From the NCBI RefSeq assembly GCF_000372725.1, contig NW_005201403.1, positions 384,031 to 404,030 of the forward strand: DNA of 20,000 nt, read 5' to 3'. This DNA comes from Emiliania huxleyi CCMP1516. Its lineage: Eukaryota. Of this stretch, positions 1 through 10,659 are shown piece by piece. Position 1 is the stretch's first letter. The number at the start of each line of letters is the position of its first letter. The position numbers and the translations under genes are program-made. The notes under the pieces are model-generated. The model was not told the DNA's origin. It saw only the letters and a list, made by a program, of their open reading frames with translations, and searched no databases.

Positions 1-974
1 GACCTCGTCGTGGCTCTTCCACGCGCCGCCGCTTCTCGTGTGGACAGCTGGTTCGGCTCGGACGCAGTGGACAAGAGGACCACCACATTCGCTGGCACAC
101 CGCGGCCGACGCTGTCTGCGCTCCCACGCAAGCGCCGGTATCCAAATCGAATGCATGCGTTACTGCGCTTACTGCGCGCCGCCGCCTACCTCAGACTCTC
201 AATACCAATGCGCACGCTCCGGCATCGACTACATTGGTCTGCGCGAATTCGAGGCGCCGTGCGACGTTTGAGGCGGACAGCCCTAGGCGACACGGCGTCT
301 GTGCTCGTGTTGATTGTGCTCGTGTTCAAGCAAGAAGCATCAGTGCGGGTACATGCGGTCCTACCACTGCACACAGTGCTTCCCGGACCCGAGCCAGGTT
401 GGCTACGCGATCTGCAGCCCTGTCGGGACAAAAGCTGGCGACCCTCACCGGCTTTGCCAAGCACCTGCTCGAAGAGGAGCCGTCGCATCGGGCACAGCAG
501 CGCCCCCCCGCCGCGACGCGGCGATCGTCCATCGCCGTACCGGCGACCTGAGCCTGCGCCTGCGCCGGCAGCGGCGGCGCCGGCCGCCGCGGCGCCGGCA
601 GCCGCAGTGCCCCGTGCGCGCCGCCGCATCATCTAGAGGTGAGACGGGGTGAGTGGCGAGTGTGCGGCGGCCGGAGGGCGCGTCAGACGACCGCGAGGGC
701 GGCCCACATGCGGAGTGACTTTTAGAAGTCACCCCGTTTCGGGCGTCTCACCGGCGTACTTGAGGTGCTTCAGACGGACGCAGGGCTGTCGGCAAGGTGG
801 GTGAGTGTCTAGGGGTCATCTCTAGGCTGGTTAGCCTTGATTTTGATCAAAGATCGGCGCAAGAAACGGTCGCGATGCCTCGTGTGAACGCTTGGAAGAG
901 TGACTTCTCGAAGTCACTCGGTCCTACGGAGAGACACTAGCTGCGCAACCCTGAGCCGAGCTCCAGTTTGCTCA

Positions 975-2161
975 ATGCCGCAGCACACCCTCTTCATCGC
1001 CGGCCCACGCCGCGCGCCCGCGGTGAGCGAGGCTGTCCGCGGATTGGCCGGCGCGCGCTCGGCAGACGACTGGCGCGTCGCCTTTGCGTGCGGCGAGGCC
1101 AGCGCTGCAGCGTGGCAGCCGGCGAGCGAGTGGCCGGCCGAGGCTGCGTCGTCGGCGGGGGTGGATGCGCGGGGTATGATCGCGAGGATCGCGCGCCTCC
1201 TCCAGCTCGTCCCCGCCGGCTCCTCGCTCGTGGTGAGGTGGGCCTTCGAGGGCGACGCGCCGACCGACGAGGCGCTCGGGTTGGGCGTGCACGCGGCGGT
1301 CAGCTTCTCCGAGGGCCTGGGCATCAAGGACTGCCGCACGCTGGTAGTCGAGTGGCTCGACGACGGCCGCGCCGCGGACTCGGCCGCGCTCGACGTGTGG
1401 GCCGACGTGCTGCGCGCGCGGAGGGTGGCAGTCGCTGCAGACGCACCCGAAGAGGAGGCGCCGGCGCAGTGTCACGCACCCGGCCGCCGCCCGCGTCGCA
1501 CGGTCTCTGACGCGGCTCCCGCTCCCCCCTCTCCTCCTCGCCGCAGGCCGCCCGGCTGATCTCGGGCGCGCCTCCGGACGGCTCCGCCCTGGGCGAGGGT
1601 TGCGTAGAGGCGCCAGGGCGAGGGCCAGGGAGAGGGTCGCGCAGAGGCGGAGGAGGCGCGGCCGCGCAGAGCCCGGTCGCGCCGCGGGCTGGTTCGGTTG
1701 CCGCCGCCGCCGCTTCAACGAGCAGCTCGTCCGGCGCACCAGGGCAGGCGCCAGGGCAGGCATCAGGGCTCGCCCTCGCTGCCGGTAGCGAGGGCGGCTT
1801 GCAGCACGGCGGAGGGAGCAGCGACGGGCGAGGGGCAAGCCCTCGCTCCCGGCTGCGCCGCGCCGGCAGCAAGGAGCGGCCGCAGGAGCGGCAGGCGGCG
1901 GCGGGCGCCTCGCAGCCGCAAGCCGCCGCCGCCGCCGCCGCCGCCGCGCCCGCGCCGGGCGGGCGCACGGGCGCGGGGCCGTGCTTGCAGCGGGGGCAGA
2001 GCCTGGTCCGCGGCCAGAGCCTCGTGCAGGGCTGCGGCGGGACGAGGGGCGAGGCATGCCCAGGACACGTCCAGGACACGTCCGAGACACGCCCCTTCGG
2101 CGGCGGCGGGACGAGGGGCCAGGCGGCGGCGCGGAGAGGCGGGGAAGGGGGAGGGGTGGGT
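975..2161 (+). CDS. Hypothetical multi-exon protein, 5' part (exon structure only partly resolved)
   Basis: ATG at 975 opens a GC3-rich frame (MPQHTLFIAGPRR...DVLRARRVAVAADAPEEE). Probable GC-AG introns at 1458-1546 and 2054-2122. No recognisable domain. It may be the same gene as 2481-3661 across the gap. Confidence 0.45.
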
Positions 2162-2249
2162 TGGATCAAATTCCAATACTTGTTTCTGGTAGGCCTTCTA
2201 TTTTTCTATTTTTTTATTCTAATCTCTCTTTTCTACTCCTTTTCGTAGC

Positions 2250-2349
2250 NNNNNNNNNNNNNNNNNNNNNNNNNNNNNNNNNNNNNNNNNNNNNNNNNNN
2301 NNNNNNNNNNNNNNNNNNNNNNNNNNNNNNNNNNNNNNNNNNNNNNNNN
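2250..2349. other. Assembly gap (100 N)
   Basis: Run of 100 N. Confidence 0.99.
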
Positions 2350-2480
2350 GGCGCTCTCGGAGGCACAGTCGTCGCCGCAGTAGGACTGGTAGTTGTAGTG
2401 GCTGTACGAGCTGGTGCTCGCCCCCCCCTTGGATACGAGCAGATCAGTCCGTGGTCGCTGGCCCTGTGAGACAGGTGGGT

Positions 2481-3661
2481 CGAGGAGGGGGTCGAGGAGG
2501 CGGGGGGGAGGCGAGGCCAGCGGCGAGTCGGCGCGGCGCGGTTGTCTCGCGCGAGAGGCTGGCGGGGCTGCTGCGCGACGCGGTGGAGGAGGAGGCGCGG
2601 CGGAGCGGGCAGGCGGGCGGCGTGGACGGCGCGGACGGCGGCGGCGGGGCTGGCGCCGCGGCAGCGGGCGGGTGGGCGACGCTGCCCCCGCCGCAAGACG
2701 TGCCGCGTGTGGGCGGTGCGCATGTGGCGTACGAGAACGAGGCCCAGGCAAAGGCGGTGGAGGCGCGGCTCCTCGTCGTCCTGCTCGCACCTCCCTCCCT
2801 CTCCTCTCCTCTCCTCCCTCTCCTCTCCTCTCCTCCCCCTCCCCCTCCTCGTCTCGCCAAACAGCGAGCGAGCGCAGCTTCTCGGCACTTTCCCGGCAGT
2901 TTCCCGGCACCTTCGCGGCACCTTTGCGGCACCTTCGACCGCAGGCGCGACTCAAGGCGCACACCCTCAAGCCAAAGGCTGAGCACGGCTCCATCCTCGC
3001 CCTGCTGCTGCCGGCGCTGTCCAGGACACGTCCATGACATGCCCGAGACTTGTCCACAGGCTCCATCCTCGCCCTGCTGCTGCCGGCGCTGCCGTGCGCA
3101 CGCGCCGGAGGGATGCCGCCCGAGCAAATCAGCCTGCAGCAGCCGCGCCGGACCGAGGCGCCGCCCGAGCAAGCGCCGCTTGGGCGGGGCGGTGCAAGCA
3201 GCAGCACGGGCGGTGCAAGCAGCAGCACGGGCGGTGCAAGCAGCAGCACGTGCGGCGCAGGCAGCGGCGTCGGCGCGGGCAGCGGCAGCGGCGTCAGCGC
3301 GGGCAGCGGCAGCGGCGTCGGCGGGTCATCGCCGCGCAACGACAGCTCCGAGCCGTCGGCAGCCCAGCCGGCCGTCCACGCCGACTTCGCCACGCACACC
3401 CTCGGCTTGGCGAGGAGGCTGGTGGCGGAGAAGGTGTGCGGCGGTCCCGCCGGAAGCGAGGAGCAGGGCGAGGCGGCGAGGTTGGCCGCCAGGCTGCAGA
3501 GCGCGCTTCACGCTCGCATGCGGCAGCGGCACACGCTGGGGGGGCAACGCCCGCCGCTTCGGAGCGCATACGATGCGGCCGAGGAGAGCCTCGCTGCCGT
3601 GTTTCGCGACGTGGTGCGAAAGGGGCTCGCAGCGCTCGAGTCGGAGCAGCACGCCCCGTGA
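2481..3661 (+). CDS. Hypothetical protein, 3' exons (..2762, 2945-2987, 3060-3661)
   Basis: Removing GC-AG introns 2763-2944 and 2988-3059 gives a continuous frame ...YENEAQAKAVE/ARLKAHTLKPKAEH/GSILALLLPALP...LAALESEQHAP*. Contains Gly/Ser low-complexity repeats. The 5' boundary is uncertain. Confidence 0.6.
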
Positions 3662-4039
3662 GCCTTGGAGTGTGGAGATATCACTTTTGAGTATTGAGAG
3701 AGTAGAGTGGGTCTCGTACTCTCGTCCAAACATAATATTAATATATAACAAAAGGTGATCGGCGTGTGTGTCAAGACGGGGCCCACCAATATCGCAGCGA
3801 ACCGGAACGAGACACATCGGCGAGAGTTTCGGACTCGGGACTGCAGCGCGTGTACATCTTGCGTACTACTCTCACGGAGAGCGGGAGAGGGGAGTGGGCG
3901 CGGAGAGAGCAGCAGTGAGAGAGCTGTGGAGTCGCTGGAGGGAGGTGTCAGGTTAAAGAGAGAGAGCATGGGCAACAGAGCCGGGCTATGGACCTAGGCT
4001 TAGTCCTCAGAGCTACATGGGGACGGCCGCGCGAGACGG

Positions 4040-7000
4040 TCACTCCTCGGACTTGCCCGCCTGCTGCTCTTTCCACTTCTTGACCATCAGCTCGGTCTTG
4101 TCGCGCGGCGCGGGCACGTGCGCCTTGTACTCCATAGTGTACTCCCCCTTGCCCTGCGTCACGCCTCGCAGGTCGGACGAGAAGCCAAACATGCTCTCGA
4201 GCGGCACGTCCGCGTCGATTGTGACGAACTCGGCGCCCTCCATGCTGTTGACCGTGCCCTTGCGCTGCGAGACGAGCGCCACCGCGGTGCCCTGGAACTC
4301 GGCCGGCACCGCCACCTCCGTCGACATGAGCGGCTCCAGCAGCACCGGCTTCGCCGTCGCCATCGCCTGCTTGAAGGCGCCCTGCGCGGAGGGAAAGGAA
4401 GGGACGGGACGGGACGGGAAAGTGCGGCACACTTCTCCACTCACACGCTGCTAGTGCCAGGGCCGGGCAACCCTCGCGTCTCCACACCTGCGCGGCGGCG
4501 CGGAAGGCCAGCTCGTTCGAGTCGACTGCGTGTGCAAGCCCGTCCTGCAGCACCACCCGCATCCCCATCACCTGCGGGAGGCGCCAGCGACGTGTCGGGG
4601 ACGTGTCGGGGCCATGCGCGCAGGACTACTCGCAGGCCGTGTCACCGGCGAGCCCGTGAGAGTCCCCTTGAGCATCGCCTCGCGGAAGCCCTGTTCGCAG
4701 CTGCAGCCGTGAAGAGACGGTGCGCTGCTTCCTCGCGATTCGGATGGAGGGTGAAGGTGGCGGTGTGGTGCGGTGGCGTGTAGACGAGGGAACGGCAGCT
4801 GACAGCGGCGCCTTGTCGATCGCGGTGACGAACTCGGGCGGGATCATGTTGCCCACGAGCTGGTTGTCGAACTCGTACGCGCCCTGGCCGAGCGCGTCGG
4901 AGGAGATCGGCTCCAGGTAGCCCTCCACCTGCTCTCGGTCAATCTCGGGTCATCTCGGGTAGCCCCGGGTATCTCGACACCGCCTCGGGGTCCATCTGCA
5001 CCCGCCCAAACTGGCCCGAGCCGCCGCTCTGCTTCTTGTGCGTGTAGGCAAACTTGGAGCGCGTCGACGCCGTCTCGCGGAAGGCAACCTTCGGGTTGCC
5101 CGTCGAGCACTCCACCCCGTACTCGCGCTTGAGCCGCTCCACGTAGATCTCGAGGTGGAGCTCGCCCATGCCCGAGATGATGGTCTGGCCCGACTCGTCG
5201 TCGGTGTGCACGCGGAAGGTCGGGTCCTCCTGGGCGGCATGGTTTGGAGGAGGTGTGAGACGAGGCTCAGACGAGGCTCAGACGGGGTTCTGACGGGGTT
5301 CAGACGGGGTTCAGACGGGGTTCAGACGGGGTTCTGACGGGGTGCTCCCCGCTGCCGCGAGGGGCGGCGGGCGGCGCTCCTTGGTGAAGCGGCCGAGCGC
5401 CTTTGAGAAGTTTGGCGCGTTCTTGTCGGCAGGCACCAGCGCGAGCGAGATGACCTGACGGACATGTCATGAACGTGTCCTGGACGTGTCCTGGACGGCA
5501 CCAGCGCGAGCGAGCTGACCGGATCGGGGACAAACATCGACGTCATCGACAGCTTCGTCTTGCCGTCGGTGAAGGTGGTGCCCGAGGCGCAGTCGACGCC
5601 GAACATGGCGACGATGTCGCCCGCGCCGACCGACTCGACGTCCTCCATCTCGTTGGCGTGCATGCGGACGAGCCGCGGGATGCGAACCTTGCGCCGGACC
5701 CGAGATTACCCGAGATTGCCCGAGATTATCCGAGATTTCCTGAGATTGCCCGAGATGGCGGGGGGGCGAACCTTGCGCCGGTCCGCCGCCATCGACTGGA
5801 TCGTGTCGCCGCGGCCAACCTTGCCCTGGTAGATGCGCATGTACGTCAGCTGGCCGAACTTCCCCTCCTCGAGCTTGAAGGCGAGCCTATGGTCATGTCT
5901 CGGACGTGTCATGCACGTGTCCTCGACATGTCCCCTCCTCCAGCTTGAAGGCGAGCCTATGGTCATGTCTCGGACGTGTCATGCACGTGTCCTCGACATG
6001 TCCCCTCCTCCAGCTTGAAGGCGAGCCTATGGTCATGTCTCGGACGTGTCATGCACGTGTCCTCGACATGTCCCCTCCTCCAGCTTGAAGGCGAGCCTAT
6101 GGTCATGTCTCGGACGTGTCATGCACGTGTCCTCGACATGTCCCCTCCTCCAGCTTGAAGGCGAGCCTATGGTCATGTCTCGGACGTGTCATGCACGTGT
6201 CCTCGACATGTCCCCTCCTCCAGCTTGAAGGCGAGCCTATGGTCATGTCTCGGACGTGTCATGCACGTGTCCTCGACATGTCCCCTCCTCCAGCTTGAAG
6301 GCGAGCCTATGGTCATGTCTCGGACGTGTCATGCACGTGTCCTCGACAGGTCCCCTCCTCCAGCTTGAAGGCGAGCCTATGGTCATGTCTCGGACGTGTC
6401 ATGCACGTGTCCTCGACATGTCCCCTCCTCCAGCTTGAAGGCGAGCCTATGGTCATGTCTCGGACGTGTCATGCACGTGTCCTCGACATGTCCCCTCCTC
6501 CAGCTTGAAGGCGAGCCTATGGTCATGTCTCGGACGTGTCATGCACGTGTCCTCGACATGTCCCCTCCTCCAGCTTGAAGGCGAGCCTATGGTCATGTCT
6601 CGGACGTGTCATGCACGTGTCCTCGACATGTCCCCTCCTCCAGCTTGAAGGCGAGCCTATGGTCATGTCTCGGACGTGTCATGCACGTGTCCTCGACATG
6701 TCCCCTCCTCCAGCTTGAAGGCGAGCCTATGGTCATGTCTCGGACGTGTCATGCACGTGTCCTCGACATGTCCCCTCCTCCAGCTTGAAGGCGAGCCTAT
6801 GGTCATGTCTCGGACGTGTCATGCACGTGTCCTCGACATGTCCCCTCCTCCAGCTTGAAGGCGAGCCTATGGTCATGTCTCGGACGTGTCATGCACGTGT
6901 CCTCGACATGTCCCCTCCTCCAGCTTGAAGGCGAGCCTATGGTCATGTCTCGGACGTGTCATGCACGTGTCCTCGACATGTCCCCTCCTCCAGCTTGAAG

Positions 7001-9536
7001 GCGAGCCTATGGTCATGTCTCGGACGTGTCATGCACGTGTCCTCGACATGTCCCCTCCTCCAGCTTGAAGGCGAGCCTATGGTCATGTCTCGGACGTGTC
7101 ATGCACGTGTCCTCGACATGTCCCCTCCTCCAGCTTGAAGGCGAGCCTATGGTCATGTCTCGGACGTGTCATGCACGTGTCCTCGACATGTCCCCTCCTC
7201 CAGCTTGAAGGCGAGCCTATGGTCATGTCTCGGACGTGTCATGCACGTGTCCTCGACATGTCCCCTCCTCCAGCTTGAAGGGTAGCCTATGGTCATGTCT
7301 CGGACGTGTCATGCACGTGTCCTCGACATGTCCCCTCCTCCAGCTTGAAGGCGAGCCTATGGTCATGTCTCGGACGTGTCATGCACGTGTCCTCGACATG
7401 TCCCCTCCTCCAGCTTGAAGGCGAGCCTATGGTCATGTCTCGGACGTGTCATGCACGTGTCCTCGACATGTCCCCTCCTCCAGCTTGAAGGCGAGCCTAT
7501 GGTCATGTCTCGGACGTGTCATGCACGTGTCCTCGACATGTCCCCTCCTCCAGCTTGAAGGCGAGCCTATGGTCATGTCTCGGACGTGTCATGCACGTGT
7601 CCTCGACATGTCCCCTCCTCCAGCTTGAAGGCGAGCCTATGGTCATGTCTCGGACGTGTCATGCACGTGTCCTCGACATGTCCCCTCCTCCAGCTTGAAG
7701 GCGAGCCTATGGTCATGTCTCGGACGTGTCATGCACGTGTCCTCGACATGTCCCCTCCTCCAGCTTGAAGGCGAGCCTATGGTCATGTCTCGGACGTGTC
7801 ATGCACGTGTCCTCGACAGGTCCCCTCCTCCAGCTTGAAGGCGAGCCTATGGTCATGTCTCGGACGTGTCATGCACGTGTCCTCGACATGTCCCCTCCTC
7901 CAGCTTGAAGGCGAGCCTATGGTCATGTCTCGGACGTGTCATGCACGTGTCCTCGACAGGTCCCCTCCTCCAGCTTGAAGGCGAGCCTATGGTCATGTCT
8001 CGGACGTGTCATGCACGTGTCCTCGACATGTCCCCTCCTCGAGCTTGAAGGCGAGCCTATGGTCATGTCTCGGACGTGTCATGCACGTGTCCTCGACAGG
8101 TCCCCTCCTCCAGCTTGAAGGCGAGATAATATATATATATACCCGACGAACGGGTCCGACGACACACCCGTGAGCCCCACCTGCTCCTCGTCCTTGTCCA
8201 AGTCGAGCGCGCAGTTGGTCACCTCGGTCGGCGCCGGCAGGTAGCTCACCACGCCGTCCAGGAGCGGCTGCACGCCCTTGTTCTTGAAGGCGCTCCCCAT
8301 GAAGACGGGCGTGATCGCATTCGCGATCGTCTGGCGCCGGATCGCGGCACGCAGCACCCCGAGCGGCGGCTCCTCCTCGGCGAGGTAGAACTCTGCTATC
8401 TCCTCGTCGGCGTCTGCGAGCTTCTCGAGCAGCTCCGCGCGCTTCTCCTCCATGGCGGCCTGCAGCCCGGCAGGAACCTCCCCCTCCTCCACCTCCTCCC
8501 CGCCAGGCCCAGAGAAGCGGAGGGCCCTGCGCTCCAGCAGGTCGACCACACCCTCGTGGTCGCCGCTCACGCCGATCGGGATCTGCATTGCCACCGCGTT
8601 GAGCCGCAGCTTATCGCGCAGCTGGCCGATCACCGCGTCTGCACGGCGGAGGATGGCCCGAGATGGCCCGAGATGGCCCGAGATGGCCCGAGATGGCCCG
8701 AGATGACCCAATCACTGCGTCTGTGCGGCGGGTGCGCGAGGGTCGTCGAGGAGTGTCTGGGAGGTGCCTGCGCAGTGTCCAGGCAGTGCCATCCCAGTGC
8801 CGTCGCAGCGTCCAAGCCACTGTCTCGGCGGGAGAAGTGTCCCGGAAGTGTCACCCCACCTGGGTCGGAGCCCTCGCGGTCGAGCTTGTTGATGAAGGCG
8901 AGCCGCGGGACAGAGTACCGCCTGAGGAGGCCGGGCGCCGGCGACACTCCGGCGGCAGCGCAGCGGGGCGGGCGCGGCTACTCGCGGCGGAGGCGAGGCG
9001 AGGCGAGGCGAGGCGGCGGAGCGTGCCTCATCTGCCGGTCGACGGTGATGGATTGCGATTGCACGCCGGCGACGCCGCAGAGGACGAGGATGGCGCCGTC
9101 GAGGACGCGCAGCGCACGCTCCACCTAGTGTGCACACGGCCGGCGGAAGTTGGCGCCGCCCGCAAGGTTCGCTCGGCCGGAGGGCCGCCGCCTCGATGGT
9201 GAAGTCGACGTGGCCAGGAGTGTCGATCACGTTGATATCGTGGTCGCCCCAGGCGCAGTGCGTTGCGGCCGACTGGATGGTGATGCCCTTCTCACGCTCC
9301 AGCTCCATAAAGTCCATCTTGGCGCCCACGCCGTCCTTTCCGCGGACCTCGTGGATGGCGCCGATACGTCCCGTATAATACAAGATTCGCTCAGTGAGCG
9401 TGGTCTTGCCAGAATCGATGTGCGCGCTGATGCCGATGTTTCGCACGCTCTGTGGCTCGCTGGAGCTGGAGAGCCTCCTCGTGAAGGCGAGCAGCCGCCG
9501 CGACGCGGCTGCTCTCCTGCCGACAGGACACAGCAT
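4040..9536 (-). CDS. GFM1: Mitochondrial elongation factor G (EF-G1), 12 exons, 724 aa
   Basis: Exons 9536-9192, 9124-9027, 8921-8860, 8638-8143, 5886-5772, 5687-5520, 5454-5380, 5229-5002, 4928-4812, 4690-4646, 4571-4488 and 4381-4040 sum to 2175 nt in frame. Motifs: [78 protein letters not shown]. The Arg/Ser-rich N-terminus resembles a mitochondrial transit peptide. Confidence 0.96.
5861..8125. repeat. 70-bp tandem array (~32.4 copies) forming EF-G intron 4 (5887-8142)
   Basis: Near-perfect 70-bp period. Variants: CAGG for CATG in the units at 6341, 7811, 7951 and 8091; GGTAG at 7281; G for C at 5871 and 8041. Confidence 0.98.
8651..8709. repeat. (GATGGCCCGA)n 10-mer repeat in EF-G intron 3
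   Basis: About 5.5 copies. Related (CCCGAGATTN)n repeats lie at 5699-5757 and (CCGAGATGTG)n at 18931-18998. Confidence 0.9.
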
Positions 9537-9919
9537 TTGCCTACGCGGCAAGTTCGCGAATTTTCGCGCGTTTCTTTTTATTTTCGTGCTTACATTCTAC
9601 ATACATACTAACTCCAATCGCCAGGCTCCGTGTCCCACCTACCTACCTATTCCCAGGCCGCGCAGCGAAGCGAAAAAATACCCGTCAGCCCTCTGTGAAT
9701 AGGCTCCCAGCGCCCGCCGCGCGTCGCGAGCCCCAGAGCATGGCCCCGTTCGCGGCTAAACGCGCCGTATGCCGCGGGTTTTTTCACGGCCCCGCCCCCA
9801 CACACAACCGTGGTGCCAGCCCCTCTGGCGAGGACTGTGGCGACGCATCTGCTTTACTCGTTCGCCGCCCGCGCCCAGGCCCAGTGGGGGTTCCCAGGGC
9901 ATTTTCAAGTCGTAGCAGT
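9537..9919. promoter_or_regulatory. Probable bidirectional promoter region (EF-G / Nudix head-to-head)
   Basis: 383 bp between divergent start codons, with an AT-rich patch at 9560-9620. Position-based inference only. Confidence 0.4.
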
Positions 9920-10418
9920 ATGAGGCTCCCGCCATACGTCTGCGCCATCCTATCCTCCCCTACCGGCCACCTGCTGGTGGAGGAGCGGCCCGCCGACGCC
10001 CGCACCGCGGCGGGTCAGCTGACCTGTTTCGGCGGCAAGCTGGAGCCAGGCGCCGCATCACCCAACTGATGCCACAGCGCAGCGCGCAAACCCCACGCGT
10101 CGCACCGCCAATGCTGCAGGCGAGACCGGCCTCGACGGCCTGCTGCGGGAGTTGCGCGAGGAGCTAGGCTGGCAGCCGGCCGAGCCGCCGCGGCGCGCCG
10201 TCGATCTCCACGTCGACGGCGATCTGATCGCCTGGTTCTACGAGGCCGCCGCGCCGTCGACCGACGCGGCGCTCGCCTTTGAGCCGGGGAGGAGAGGCGT
10301 GTGGATGAGCGAGGCGGAACTGCTCGTCCACCCGCGCCTGTCAGAGTGGCACCGGGCTGTACTCAACTCGTGGAGAACGGGACGGGACCGTGCTGATTTT
10401 GTGACGAGGGGAGCCTAG
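9920..10418 (+). CDS. Nudix hydrolase, 2 exons (9920-10049, 10120-10418), 142 aa
   Basis: Removing the 70-bp GC-AG intron 10050-10119 restores a canonical Nudix box GKLEPGETGLDGLLRELREELG (GX5EX7REUXEEXG). Confidence 0.9.
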
Positions 10419-10659
10419 GGCGGCTCTATGCCCCACCGCTGTGGACTCAGGCCTGGCGGTTTTCGACCAACGTGTGATGTGATACATTGATCCGATTGTG
10501 CACCACACACTTGTGTCTGCAGCCCCAGAGAGTGGCTGCAGAGAATCCCTCATCAGGCAGCGGGGCCCTCACGTCACCGACGTGCGGACTGTGCTCTCTC
10601 TTTTCTACATGTCGTAAAAGGGAACAAGCTACAAGGCATGTAACAAAAATTCTTTAAAT

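Noticed and set aside
972..3758. Long antisense or alternative-frame Arg/Pro/Ala-rich ORFs (e.g. 972-2090 -, 2233-3399 -)
   Set aside because: These are shadow ORFs expected at very high GC, with no motifs.
5861..8125. CRISPR array, or a family of 60-aa ORFs, in the 70-bp repeat
   Set aside because: There are no unique spacers and no cas genes. The units are near-identical and lie in a eukaryotic intron, and the ORFs are repeat artefacts.
4040..9536. EF-G as a fragmented pseudogene or bacterial fusA
   Set aside because: All fragments join in frame via spliceosomal introns to a full-length 724-aa protein with a transit-like peptide.
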